Positions 21,216 through 31,324 are shown, numbered from the stretch's first letter. The stretch is DNA of 64,000 nucleotides from Roseibacillus sp. (GCA_965242925.1 CBDEUM010000014.1:352001-416000); one strand, 5' to 3'. Notes: generated by a model from the sequence alone, not told the origin. Numbers and translations are program-made.

Positions 21216-22016
21216 TCAATCGTTGTGCTTGATGGTGTCCCTCAGCCAGTAACGGATGAAGAGGCAGTTGCTGACGAGGTAACGCTTGAAGAGGCGGCGG
21301 GGCTCCTTCAGCAGGCGGTAAAACCACTCCATGCCAATCCGCTGCATCCAGGCCGGCGCCTGTTTCACTTCCCCGGCATGAAAGGCAAAGGCCGCCCCCA
21401 CTCCGAGATAGACCCCGGGGGGCAACTTGTCCTTGTGGCTGCCGATCCATTTTTCCTGCTTGGGGCATCCCAGTCCCACCCAGATCATGTTGGCCCGGCT
21501 GCTCCGGATCTTATCGGCGATCCGGTCAAACTCGTCCTCCGGCCACTCCCCGAAGGGGGGAGCGTAGCTGCCGACGATCCGCGCCCGGGGACAGTCGTCC
21601 CCGAAGCGTCGCTCCAGTTTTTCCAGGGTACTTTCCCTGCCCCCGAGAAAAAAGTGCCGGATCCCGGTGTCGGCGGAAGATTCCAGCGAGCACAACATGA
21701 GACTCGGTCCGTACACCCGGCCCTTCAGGCGATCCTCCTCCGGAACGCGGTGGTTTACCGCCCACACCAGCGGCATGCCGTCGGGACAGATGAGATCAAA
21801 GCGGTCGATCGCCTTCCGGAATTCCGGTTCATGCTGCGAGAGGGAGACCACGTGCGCGTTGGCCGCCTCCACCGCATAGGCGGCGTCCCCCGCCTCGGCC
21901 CAGCGATGGATCAGCTCAACCGCGAGGCCATAGTCGAGCAGGGCCACCGGTAACCCGCAAAAGGGAACCGTTTTGATGCCGGCCCTGGCGGCCGCGTCTG
22001 ACTGGTCTGCACCCAC
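21216..22016 (-). CDS. WecB/TagA/CpsF (GT26) glycosyltransferase
   Basis: PDGMP, GLGCPKQE, GVGAAF and EPRRLFKRY motifs. Confidence 0.93.
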   Translation of the reverse strand: MGADQSDAAARAGIKTVPFCGLPVALLDYGLAVELIHRWAEAGDAAYAVEAANAHVVSLSQHEPEFRKAIDRFDLICPDGMPLVWAVNHRVPEEDRLKGRVYGPSLMLCSLESSADTGIRHFFLGGRESTLEKLERRFGDDCPRARIVGSYAPPFGEWPEDEFDRIADKIRSSRANMIWVGLGCPKQEKWIGSHKDKLPPGVYLGVGAAFAFHAGEVKQAPAWMQRIGMEWFYRLLKEPRRLFKRYLVSNCLFIRYWLRDTIKHND

Positions 22017-23030
22017 TTAGCCGGTAGCTTCCGCAATCTTTTTCTCCCGTTCCGCAAGTTCCAGGTCCGCATCCACCATGATCCGCACCAGGTCCTTGAA
22101 CTTGACCTTCGGTTCCCATCCCAGCTGGGCCTTGGCCTTGGAGGCATCCCCAACGAGCATGTCAACCTCGGCCGGACGCTCGTAGCGGGCGTCGTAGTCA
22201 ACCACGGCCTCCCAGTCGAGAGAGAGATAACCGAAGACTTCCTCCACGAACTCGCGGACCGAATGGGTCTCCCCGGTGGCCACCACATAGTCATCCGGGG
22301 TCTCCTGCTGCAGCATGAGCCACATCATTTCGACGTACTCCTTCGCATAACCCCAGTCCCGCTTGGCATCGAGGTTCCCGAGGTAGAGCTTGTCCTGCAG
22401 GCCTGTCTTGATCCGGGTGGCGGCCCGGGTGATCTTGCGGGTGACGAACGTCTCCCCCCGACGCGGAGACTCATGGTTGAACAGAATCCCGCTACTTGCA
22501 TGCATGCCATAGGACTCGCGGTAGTTCACGGTAAGCCAGTGCCCGTAAACCTTCGCGCAGGCGTAGGGAGAGCGCGGCCAGAAGGGCGTCCCCTCGGATT
22601 GGGGGATGGCCTGCACCTTCCCGTACATTTCCGATGAGGAGGCCTGATAGTAGCGCACCTTGTCGATGAGACCGGTCTGGCGAATGGTCTCCAGGAGCCG
22701 CTGGGTTCCCAGGCCCACCACGTCCCCGGTATATTCCGGCTGGTCAAAGCTCACCCGCACGTGGCTCTGCGCCCCGAGGTTGTAGATTTCATCCGGCCGG
22801 GTCTCGTTCAGGAGGCGAGCCAGGTTCGTTCCATCTGCCAGATCGCCGTGGTGGAGAATGAGGCGAGCATCTTCCTCCTGCCGCTCCCGGTAGAGATGGT
22901 CAATGCGCTCGGTGTTGAAACTGGAAGACCGGCGGATGATCCCGTGAACTTCGTAGCCTTTTTCCAAGAGGAGCTCGGCGAGGTAGGAGCCGTCCTGCCC
23001 CGTGATTCCGGTGATTAACGCTTTTTTCAT
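22017..23030 (-). CDS. gmd: GDP-mannose 4,6-dehydratase
   Basis: [21 protein letters not shown] and [17 protein letters not shown] motifs. Confidence 0.98.
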   Translation of the reverse strand: MKKALITGITGQDGSYLAELLLEKGYEVHGIIRRSSSFNTERIDHLYRERQEEDARLILHHGDLADGTNLARLLNETRPDEIYNLGAQSHVRVSFDQPEYTGDVVGLGTQRLLETIRQTGLIDKVRYYQASSSEMYGKVQAIPQSEGTPFWPRSPYACAKVYGHWLTVNYRESYGMHASSGILFNHESPRRGETFVTRKITRAATRIKTGLQDKLYLGNLDAKRDWGYAKEYVEMMWLMLQQETPDDYVVATGETHSVREFVEEVFGYLSLDWEAVVDYDARYERPAEVDMLVGDASKAKAQLGWEPKVKFKDLVRIMVDADLELAEREKKIAEATG

Positions 23031-23052
23031 AAAATCTGGCTGGGTCTGCAAT

Positions 23053-23991
23053 TCACCCTGTCCGCACCGACCCCGCTGCGCGTTCGGCCAGGAAACAGTC
23101 GTAGGTGATCCGGAGCCCCTCCTCCAGGGAGACGGTCGGTTCCCATCCGGTCTTCTTCATCCGGGAGACATCCATGAGCTTGCGAGGCGTCCCATCCGGC
23201 TTGGAAGGATCGGTGAGAATATCGCCCTTGAATCCCACGGTCCGCCCAATCGCGGTGGCAAGGTCAAGAATGCTCACCTCGCTCCCCGAGCCGACATTGA
23301 CCCAGTCCGGCGGATCCTCCTCGTCGAGGAGGTGAAAGCAGGCCCGGGCGAGGTCGTCGACATGCAGAAACTCCCGCCGCGGCGTGCCCGTGCCCCAGAT
23401 GACCACCTCCCTGGCATTCTCCTCCTTGGCCTCGTGGAAACGGCGGAGCAGGGCCGGGATCACATGCGAGTTCTCCGGGTGATAATTGTCGCCCGGCCCA
23501 TAGAGATTGGTCGGCATGGCGGAATGATAGAGCACCCCATACTGGGCCCGGTAGTGCTGGCACAGTTTCAGCCCGGCAATCTTCGCCACTGCATACGCTT
23601 CATTGGTAGGTTCCAGGGGACCACTGAGCAGACAGGATTCCGGCATGGGCTGGGGCGCCTGCTTCGGGTAGATGCACGAACTCCCCAGGAAGAGCACCCG
23701 CCTCACTCCCGCCTGGTAGGAGCCGTGGATCAGGTTGGCGGCAATGGTGAGGTTCTGGTAGACGAACTCCGCAGGGTAGGTGCTGTTAGCGACAATCCCA
23801 CCAACCTTCGCGGCTGCGATGATGACCTGGTCCGGTCGTTCCCTCCCGAGAAACTCAAAGACCGCCTGCTGGTCACAGAGGTCGAGTTCGGCCCGGGACC
23901 GGAGCAGGAGTTCGACCTCCCCCACCGCCGGAGTGGCCCGGACCAGCGCCGCCCCCACCATGCCCCGGTGACCAGTAATAAAGAGCTTCAC
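23053..23991 (-). CDS. fcl: GDP-L-fucose synthase
   Basis: [30 protein letters not shown] and KPDGTPRK motifs. GTG start inferred. Confidence 0.96.
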   Translation of the reverse strand: MKLFITGHRGMVGAALVRATPAVGEVELLLRSRAELDLCDQQAVFEFLGRERPDQVIIAAAKVGGIVANSTYPAEFVYQNLTIAANLIHGSYQAGVRRVLFLGSSCIYPKQAPQPMPESCLLSGPLEPTNEAYAVAKIAGLKLCQHYRAQYGVLYHSAMPTNLYGPGDNYHPENSHVIPALLRRFHEAKEENAREVVIWGTGTPRREFLHVDDLARACFHLLDEEDPPDWVNVGSGSEVSILDLATAIGRTVGFKGDILTDPSKPDGTPRKLMDVSRMKKTGWEPTVSLEEGLRITYDCFLAERAAGSVRTG

Positions 23992-24041
23992 CTTCTCTCT
24001 GAATAAGTTGTGGATAAGTTTGGGGTGGCCCACCGGCTCAT

Positions 24042-24054
24042 CACGCTGCCGCCC
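24042..24054 (-). promoter_or_regulatory. ops-like antitermination element
   Basis: Minus strand reads GGGCGGCAGCGTG, one mismatch from enterobacterial ops GGCGGTAGCGTG; 50 nt upstream of fcl and downstream of a NusG paralog gene. Confidence 0.6.
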
Positions 24055-24167
24055 TTGGTCGTTTGGACTCCAGCGAAGTCAAGACCTTCAAGAGATGCCT
24101 GAAGCGGTGTGAATAAGTTGGCCACCTGCCGCACGTTGCAGGGGAAAGACACCCAATGGGGCAATCA

Positions 24168-24205
24168 GTTCAAGAAAATATGAACGAATTCAGAAAAAAA
24201 TGAAC
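24168..24205. promoter_or_regulatory. Two tandem TTCA-N8-TGAA palindromes (candidate operators)
   Basis: GTTCA-AGAAAATA-TGAAC (24168-24185) and TTCA-GAAAAAAA-TGAAC (24189-24205). Confidence 0.65.
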
Positions 24206-24218
24206 TCTTCGGGGCCCC

Positions 24219-24788
24219 CTAATCGATTTCTTCCTGCTGTGGGAGGGGCTTTCGCGGCAAAAGCAGCGAAAAAAGGTCCACCTCGACCGGCTGGCTCTGC
24301 CCGAGGAATTCGACAAAAATCCGCACTCTCTCTTCCGCTGGACGAACCTCGATCACCGTCCCGGTCATGCCTTTCAGGGGGCCATCCACCAGTTCCACTT
24401 CGTCGCCCGGTTCTGCCACCGGCTGCAGGGTGATGAGCTCCTTTCGCTCCCCGTCCCGGACCAATTCGGCCCTGAGATCTTCAACGAAGCGGGCGGGCAC
24501 GGTGGGGATGTGCTCACCAAACCGCAGGATCCGGCTCACTCCTTTGGCATAGCTGACAGCTCGTTCCTGTTCCCCCAGCACGAAACGGGCAAGCAGATAG
24601 CCTGGGAAGAGAGGCTCAATCCACCAGACCTTCCCACGCCGGGTTGCTTTCTTATAACGAAGCCGGGGGCAAACCACCTCAATCTGCCCCAACTCCCTCA
24701 AGGATGCAGCGGCAATATGCTCACGCTTGATCTGCGTCCTGAGACAGTACCACGCCGCTTCCTCTCGTTGTTCCCCGGCCATCGTCAT
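24219..24788 (-). CDS. NusG-paralog transcription antiterminator (RfaH/UpxY-like)
   Basis: WYCLRT, EPLFPGYLLA and KOW motif PGDEVELVDGPLKG. Confidence 0.92.
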   Translation of the reverse strand: MTMAGEQREEAAWYCLRTQIKREHIAAASLRELGQIEVVCPRLRYKKATRRGKVWWIEPLFPGYLLARFVLGEQERAVSYAKGVSRILRFGEHIPTVPARFVEDLRAELVRDGERKELITLQPVAEPGDEVELVDGPLKGMTGTVIEVRPAEERVRIFVEFLGQSQPVEVDLFSLLLPRKPLPQQEEID

Positions 24789-25294
24789 TCTCCCAACACC
24801 CGCTGGACCAACGGCATGAGGAGCTTGGCCTGCTTCAGCCAGCGCTCCAGTTTCTTGACCCGCTCCTCATAGAAGGCCTGCTGGGCGGCATCGCCTTCCT
24901 TCATTACTTCGGTCTCAAGGACCTTGATGCGCTCCTTCCCGCTGTCGAGGTGCGGACGCAGTTGCTCACGAATGAAACCTCCCACCAGTTTCTTCAATTT
25001 GATGTCCGCTTCAAAATACGTCCGCCGCGCATCCGGACCGGCAACTTCCCGAAAGGCCCCCAGCGTCCGCAGGAATTTGAGGCCCTGGCTCGCAGACCCC
25101 TTGGAAATCCCAAGACGCTTTACCAGATCATCAAGGGAGAGAGGCTCCCGGGAAATAAACAGGAGCCCGTAGATCTCGCCGATGGAACGGGGCAACCCGG
25201 CCACCCGGACTCCATCCGCAAAAAGCGAAACCACCTGCTTCTCGATCTCCACGAGGCTCTTGGACTCATCGTCAGGCACGGCATTATCCTGCAC
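24785..25294 (-). CDS. GbsR/MarR-family transcriptional regulator
   Basis: GLPRSIGEIYGLLF...LSLDDL...ISKGSASQGL...RRTYF. GTG start at 25294 preferred over 25315; ATGA coupling to the antiterminator. Confidence 0.85.
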   Translation of the reverse strand: MQDNAVPDDESKSLVEIEKQVVSLFADGVRVAGLPRSIGEIYGLLFISREPLSLDDLVKRLGISKGSASQGLKFLRTLGAFREVAGPDARRTYFEADIKLKKLVGGFIREQLRPHLDSGKERIKVLETEVMKEGDAAQQAFYEERVKKLERWLKQAKLLMPLVQRVLGE

Positions 25295-25308
25295 ACAGGT
25301 CGACCTAT

Positions 25309-25328
25309 AGTTCAATTTTTTTTGAACT
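25309..25328. promoter_or_regulatory. Perfect palindrome AGTTCAA-TTTTTT-TTGAACT (candidate autoregulatory operator)
   Basis: Same TTCA-N8-TGAA core as at 24168-24205, directly upstream of the regulator gene. Confidence 0.65.
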
Positions 25329-25494
25329 CGATGGAAGACCTAACGGTTATGCCGGGATCAATCCCAGTGAAGGTGCGAATCCCCGGTATCAGGCAAGGGA
25401 AGGTGTCATCAGGGCGGGGTAGAACAGCGCCGCCGGGAACGAAAGACCCAGGATTATCACCCTTCCGGGTGAGCCCCCGGGAGATCGCTATGGT

Positions 25495-25520
25495 TTATAC
25501 ATATTTATTATAATATTTTG
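25495..25520. promoter_or_regulatory. AT-rich divergent promoter region
   Basis: Palindromic ATTATAAT (25507-25514) gives TATAAT on both strands between divergent genes. Confidence 0.45.
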
Positions 25521-25601
25521 TAGACATTCCGGATTTTTTTGCAAAATTTCAGGACCCCTCTTTCCATAATCGCGAACTGGGCCTTTCCCCCCCTCATCCC
25601 C

Positions 25602-28600
25602 ATGTTCCCCCCCAAAAGATCCATCTGCACCATCCTCTCCCTTGGTCTCCTGTCCTCTGTCGCGGCAGGGACTGACTTTCACGTGGCTCCCCCTCCCCTC
25701 GGCGACAATGCCAACCCGGGCACCCTGGCTCAGCCATTCGCCACGATTACCCATGCCGAACTACAGACGGCGGCGGGAGACACCGTCCACCTGCACGAGG
25801 GCATCTATCGTGAATTTGTTCTTTTCCGGAGTGCGGGGACTCCTGCCGCCCCCATCACCTACCAACCTTACAACGACGGCTCGGGACCGGACAAGGTAAC
25901 CGTTTCCGGCTTCGATCCCATCACGCCCGGCAGTAACGGGGCCGGTCATTGGCAAGTCCACGACGGCTCCATCTACAAGATCCAGCTCAGCCCAAGCTAT
26001 GGTTTGATCCCCGGCGCATCCACAATCCTCATTGACGGGATTGTCCAGAAACTCGCCCGCTGGCCCAATGCTCCTTCCCCTTATGATTTCCACTGGAACA
26101 ACATGGCTTCTCCCCAGGGAGCAGCTCACGACCCTTCTTCAGAAGGCCCCGAGCCTCCGTATTCAGGAACCTTCTTCACTGCCACCTACACGGACGCCGA
26201 GCTTCCCGGGGAGGGGCCAAACGAGTGGCTGGGAGCTCGGATTGACACCAGCCCGGGGACGGGAGTCTTTCGAGATACCGGGCTTGTGATTGGCTCCGAG
26301 GCCGGGGGGCTCACCTTCCGTTACCGGCCCTACCTCCAATCGACCGCATTCGTTTCTGAAGCGGATCCCTATTTTCTCTGGAATCACCTGAGGGCCCTGG
26401 ATCAGGAAGGGGAGTACTTCTACGACATCGAGGGAGTAAGCGGCCCCCCTCACACTCTCTATCTCCACGCACCCGGCGGGACTTCTCCCGCCGGGCACCG
26501 AGTCGAAATCAAGAGCCGCCAATACTCCTTCGATCTGAACTGGTCCCGTAACGTTCACATCAGGGAACTCGAGTTCCTGGGGGGAGGGATCAGGTGCCCT
26601 GTCTCCAGTTCCCATATCTCCATGGATGACCTCGTTCTCCGCTATTGTGGATCGGGGCTGAACTCCCTGTGGACGGGCCGGGCGGCGATCTGGATCAAGG
26701 GAGACGGGCACAAGGTCCTCAACAGCTGCATCGATTCTTCATACGGAGGAGGCCTGATCACCCTGGGAACCAATACGGAACTTAAGAACAACGTTATCCG
26801 GGATTGCCTGCTTTACGGGATTGCCTCCTGGGAAAGTTCCAATGCCACCGTGCACCACAACACCACCTTCGGAATCGGCAGTGAAAACATCCACATGTAT
26901 TCCCCCGCCGGGACGTTCAACTACAACCATTGCTACCATGGCGGCAAGCGGGTGACGGACTCCGCGAGCATGAACTCAAATTACAACGGTGACCTGCAGG
27001 GGATGGAAGTCGCCTACAACTGGGTGCACACAAACGTGGCCCGCCGCAATGACGATCATCAATGGGGCGGGGGACGGGGAATCCGGATGGATACCAGCCC
27101 CTCCAACGTCTTCATCCATCATAATCTGATCTGGGGAATCTCCGCCCCCACTCTCAGCCTCATGCTCTGGGCCCTTGATTCCAACCAGGTCAACTACCAG
27201 AACAGCATGCAACGGGTTTACAACAATACCATCGACGGCCAGATCCACATCGCCGGGAACGGGAGTATTGGCGGGATCGATGTGAGGAACAACATCTGCA
27301 CTGAAATCAGGGAATTCGGGACCGACCCCGACCCCCATATCGTCCGGAACAACTTCCTCACCATTGGAAAATTCGAAGACCGCTGGCCCGGAAACACCAT
27401 CGACAGCTCCCTGTTTGTCTCGGCTCCCACCGGGAATTTCGAACTACTGGAGGACTCCAGAGCCATCGATGCCGGCGAAAACATCCCGGGAGTTACTTAC
27501 GGAACGGTTCATGGCATCGCCCCTGACATTGGAGCTCTCGAATACGATGGGGACTCGAATCCTCATTGGAGTGCCGGCGCCATTCTCCGTCCCGGAGATG
27601 CTCGAAACCTCATGTTTTCCCTGCTCAAAAAACCCAATGGCGATCATTACCTTGTCGCTTCAGGCATGCCTGAAGGAAGAATCCCCCCCAGGGAATTCAC
27701 GGTCCGGCTGGGGGGCGTCGTGACCCTTGCCGACCACCGGTTGATCTACTCCACGCAGTCTCACACCGGCGAAGCCTACTTCAGGATCGAAGAGGACAAT
27801 CTCTCGGGAGTGATACCCGTAGAATTCTCCCTCGATGGAGTTACATACCAGAATCACGGTGATACCGTTGAATTCAGCGGTCCCTCCCTTTCGATCGATT
27901 CTATCGACGTTACATCCTCCACTTCCTCGGGTGGATCTCTCCATACCATTTCGGGACAGGGTTTCGGATCGACACGCTGGACCGTCCCGCTACGGATGGA
28001 GAATATCGTTGGAGATGACCTGAGCCGTGCCCCCGTGCCCATCGTTTTCAACACCAGAGAGCACATCGAAAAGAATCGCATGAACCCCGATTGTTCTGAT
28101 CTGCGGGTCGTGCACTGGGAAACCGGCAGGGAACTGAGTTACTGGGTGGAATCAGGAGCAAATTCCGAGAACACCCTGCTCTGGGTAAAGTTCGGGGAAG
28201 ATTCCGCCCTGTCCGACAGATTCAGTCACATCGATGAATCGGGCTACTATCTCTCCTTCGGGGATCCTGACCGCCAATCCGCATCCGATCCGTCAATCAT
28301 CTACAATTACTTCCCGGAATTCCTCGACGGCGAACTACGGGTGTGGGCCTCCGCCAACCGCCTGGCTGAACAACTCAACCACGGTGACGCCATCGCTTCC
28401 TGGGGCTGCAGTGATCAAGCCACCACGCTTACTCAACCCGACCCCAATTCCCGGCCATTCCTGAAACTTGATCAACTCAACGGTCTGCCTGCCGCCTGTT
28501 TCAACGGCGCCGACTATCTTCACATCAACGACTTCCCCGCCACGGTGCGGGGGGGATTGACCGTCTTCGCGGTGACCAAGGCTCATCCTTCTCATGATCC

Positions 28601-29492
28601 CCAGGGACGACTTCTCAGTATCGGAGACGGAATCAGGGAAACCAACAACGTCAGGCAGATCCGGAATTCCAGATGGAGCGTCTATGGCGTGAAGCGGGCC
28701 TACGACGGCAATATCACCGCTATCGGCACGGGTCGCCGGTTTGAGGGATCCTTCCATTACATGACCGCAGATATAGCCGAATTGATAGTCTTCTCCAATC
28801 TTCAGAGCAACTCGACCGGAGTGGGCATGGACCGGATCCGGAATTATTTGGAGCGAAAATACGCTATCGGCGACACGCCGCGCGGAGTGGTCGATGATGC
28901 CAATCTTCAGGAACCCACCAGATTCCATCTTGACGGACGGCTCATCGAATCGGTCACCATCCTGAACGAGCGAACCGCGACCTTTTCCGCGCCCGCCATC
29001 GACCTCCCCTCATCGGGGCCACTGTCTCTCCCCCTTTCTGTCAGTCGGGGCACGGAGAGCAGCTCCGCCCCGGAGAGATTCCGGTATTACCTTCCCGCCT
29101 ACGACCAATGGGCAACCCGCAATCTGCCTTCCGAAAGTCGGGGCGCACTTGAGGATCACGATCACGATGGCATTACGAATCTGTTGGAATTCGCGACTTC
29201 TTCCCTTCCGGTCGGGTCAACCGGAACTCCGCTTTTTCCCGTTTCCCATGAGGGGTCAACACTGCCTTCGATGCGGTTCTACCGCAATCCTGACGCAACT
29301 GATGTATTCCTCACCGTTGAGTATTCCCATGACCTGCGATCCTGGAGCGCACTTCCCGCGGATGATCCGGGGATATCCGTGGCGGATCCTGATCCCTTCG
29401 GGGACGGAAGCGCAATCCTGATGGAGGTGGGGGCCGCCCCCGACAATCCCCGAGTGTTCTACCGGCTACGGGCAGAAAGATTGGGTCTCTAA
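25602..29492 (+). CDS. Large secreted right-handed beta-helix protein with DUF2341 and LamG-like domains (putative polysaccharide-active enzyme)
   Basis: Signal peptide; GDNANPGT...PFATI...GDTVHLHEGIYRE; Asn-rich beta-helix repeats; PDIGALE; DCSDLRV...LSYWVE...LWVK; C-terminal DHDHDG...FYRL module. Confidence 0.8.
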   Translation: MFPPKRSICTILSLGLLSSVAAGTDFHVAPPPLGDNANPGTLAQPFATITHAELQTAAGDTVHLHEGIYREFVLFRSAGTPAAPITYQPYNDGSGPDKVTVSGFDPITPGSNGAGHWQVHDGSIYKIQLSPSYGLIPGASTILIDGIVQKLARWPNAPSPYDFHWNNMASPQGAAHDPSSEGPEPPYSGTFFTATYTDAELPGEGPNEWLGARIDTSPGTGVFRDTGLVIGSEAGGLTFRYRPYLQSTAFVSEADPYFLWNHLRALDQEGEYFYDIEGVSGPPHTLYLHAPGGTSPAGHRVEIKSRQYSFDLNWSRNVHIRELEFLGGGIRCPVSSSHISMDDLVLRYCGSGLNSLWTGRAAIWIKGDGHKVLNSCIDSSYGGGLITLGTNTELKNNVIRDCLLYGIASWESSNATVHHNTTFGIGSENIHMYSPAGTFNYNHCYHGGKRVTDSASMNSNYNGDLQGMEVAYNWVHTNVARRNDDHQWGGGRGIRMDTSPSNVFIHHNLIWGISAPTLSLMLWALDSNQVNYQNSMQRVYNNTIDGQIHIAGNGSIGGIDVRNNICTEIREFGTDPDPHIVRNNFLTIGKFEDRWPGNTIDSSLFVSAPTGNFELLEDSRAIDAGENIPGVTYGTVHGIAPDIGALEYDGDSNPHWSAGAILRPGDARNLMFSLLKKPNGDHYLVASGMPEGRIPPREFTVRLGGVVTLADHRLIYSTQSHTGEAYFRIEEDNLSGVIPVEFSLDGVTYQNHGDTVEFSGPSLSIDSIDVTSSTSSGGSLHTISGQGFGSTRWTVPLRMENIVGDDLSRAPVPIVFNTREHIEKNRMNPDCSDLRVVHWETGRELSYWVESGANSENTLLWVKFGEDSALSDRFSHIDESGYYLSFGDPDRQSASDPSIIYNYFPEFLDGELRVWASANRLAEQLNHGDAIASWGCSDQATTLTQPDPNSRPFLKLDQLNGLPAACFNGADYLHINDFPATVRGGLTVFAVTKAHPSHDPQGRLLSIGDGIRETNNVRQIRNSRWSVYGVKRAYDGNITAIGTGRRFEGSFHYMTADIAELIVFSNLQSNSTGVGMDRIRNYLERKYAIGDTPRGVVDDANLQEPTRFHLDGRLIESVTILNERTATFSAPAIDLPSSGPLSLPLSVSRGTESSSAPERFRYYLPAYDQWATRNLPSESRGALEDHDHDGITNLLEFATSSLPVGSTGTPLFPVSHEGSTLPSMRFYRNPDATDVFLTVEYSHDLRSWSALPADDPGISVADPDPFGDGSAILMEVGAAPDNPRVFYRLRAERLGL

Positions 29493-29499
29493 ACGGGCT

Positions 29500-31296
29500 C
29501 TAGGGCTCTATCACAAATCGGTAAAAAGCCTTTTCAGCGGCACTGGAATCATCCGTCCATTCGAGAAGGCCGGATCCTCCCAGCCCGGGGATACCCGGCA
29601 GGTCTTCCCACCCGGACAGATCGAAGGACCGCTGCAGGCGTAACGGGTAATCGTGTGAAGCATTGAACTCTCCGGGAATGACGGGCAACCCTGCGAGACT
29701 GATCCTGACACTCTCCGGGAACCTCTCGACAGACACCCCGCCATGCCGGAAGCGCTCCACTGCGTCACCGTCATTCAGGAAGGGACTGAACCCGAGTACT
29801 CTGAGATCCAGTTCCTGCTCATCGGACAGACCATCTTCATCACGATCCGCAGTGCCGAGGGCAGGCTTTTTCACATAGAAGACATCGTCCTGAAACGGTA
29901 TTCCGGACAGGGCCTCTTCCAGTTCCCCAAGCGCCCGCGGGTCGATCCCGTTCGGAAACGTCCCGAAATGCTCCCCCGGATCAGCGGCATGATCCATGAC
30001 TCTTCTGTAACTGCCGAAAAACGGGCCCTCGACCAGCTTCCACGTTCCCAGCTGGCCAATACGAAAGCGGGGTTTCGAATTTTTCGGATAGGTCGTACAG
30101 GACAAGGCCGGTGTATTCCACTCACGATCCGGATTCTCCTGCAGCGGGGCAAGAGACTGGCCATCGATGGGCTTGGGATAGGGCGAGACTCCTGCAAGGT
30201 CCAAGGCGGTGGGAAGAACATCGATCAATCCCACCTGGCGGTCACAGACCCGCCCTTCGGTAGCCATTCCCGGATGATGGATCATCATTGGCACGTGAAT
30301 GCTTTCCCTCGAATAATTCCGCTTGGAATAGAGGTGCAGGTGCTCCATCAGGCTGAAACCGTTGTCACTTGCAAAAACAATGACCGTGTTATCCCAGAGG
30401 TTGTTGGCGTCGGCGAAGTCCAGCACACGTCCCAGATTATGATCCATGAGGGTCACGGCACTGTAGTAGGCGTGAAAAAGCTCCCGCAGGTCTTCCTCGG
30501 GAAGCAACGGCCGTTCATCCGCAGCCTTTCCGTAGGGATAGGCATAAGGCGGCCAGTAGGCGTTATCATATGATTCCTCAATGTACTCCGGCAACGTGAA
30601 GGTCGCCGGATCATAGAGATCAGAGATCGCCTTCGGAACAATCCAGGGAGTGTGGGGCATGAAAAATCCGACCGCTACGAAGAACTTCTGGTCCGCTTCC
30701 AGACATTTTCCCATGGCGGCCATCGCCCCTGTTGCCGTCACTCCGTCCGCAAATTTCGCCGGATCTCCACCGTCGTATACAATGAAGCTCGTATCTCCGC
30801 TGATCCCCTTGTGGCCACTGAAATCACGCACCGAAGAAAACCTCCCATCAACAGAAAACGTCCGGGGAATCAACTCGTCCCACCGCTCGCTGCGCTCGTA
30901 GTGTTCCACCTTGCCATAGCTCCCGGCCCAATAACCCTCGGACCTGAAATACTGTGACATCCACATGCGATTCGGCACTACGTTTTCACCATTAGCGGTA
31001 GCTCCACCTGCAGCATGAATCCCAAGGTTCCAGGGAAAGAGCCCGGTGAGGAATGAACCTCTGGAGGGGGCGCAGAAAGGATACTGGCTCAGGCAGTTCC
31101 GGTAGTTCACGGTCCGTGCCGCCAGACGCGTCAGGTTCGGCGTGATCGCATCCACGTCCCCCAGCGGAGCAATCCGGCTGTTCAGGTCATCGGATATGAT
31201 CAGGAGCACATTATATGGCTCTTCCGTCCCGGCATGCACGTTACCAAGCAGAATACCTGCGAAGAAAAGTCTGATCGCCGTGCCCAGAGGTTTCAT
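29500..31296 (-). CDS. S1 sulfatase (iduronate-2-sulfatase-like), secreted
   Basis: NVLLIISDDL, CAPSRGSFLTG (C-x-P-x-R), GFFMPHTP motifs; signal peptide. Confidence 0.92.
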   Translation of the reverse strand: MKPLGTAIRLFFAGILLGNVHAGTEEPYNVLLIISDDLNSRIAPLGDVDAITPNLTRLAARTVNYRNCLSQYPFCAPSRGSFLTGLFPWNLGIHAAGGATANGENVVPNRMWMSQYFRSEGYWAGSYGKVEHYERSERWDELIPRTFSVDGRFSSVRDFSGHKGISGDTSFIVYDGGDPAKFADGVTATGAMAAMGKCLEADQKFFVAVGFFMPHTPWIVPKAISDLYDPATFTLPEYIEESYDNAYWPPYAYPYGKAADERPLLPEEDLRELFHAYYSAVTLMDHNLGRVLDFADANNLWDNTVIVFASDNGFSLMEHLHLYSKRNYSRESIHVPMMIHHPGMATEGRVCDRQVGLIDVLPTALDLAGVSPYPKPIDGQSLAPLQENPDREWNTPALSCTTYPKNSKPRFRIGQLGTWKLVEGPFFGSYRRVMDHAADPGEHFGTFPNGIDPRALGELEEALSGIPFQDDVFYVKKPALGTADRDEDGLSDEQELDLRVLGFSPFLNDGDAVERFRHGGVSVERFPESVRISLAGLPVIPGEFNASHDYPLRLQRSFDLSGWEDLPGIPGLGGSGLLEWTDDSSAAEKAFYRFVIEP

Positions 31297-31324
31297 GAAT
31301 TTCCTTAACATCCTGTCACTAACA

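Noticed and set aside
24087..24103. TTCA-N9-TGAA as a further operator
   Set aside because: The spacer is 9 nt and not A/T-rich, unlike the three clear copies.
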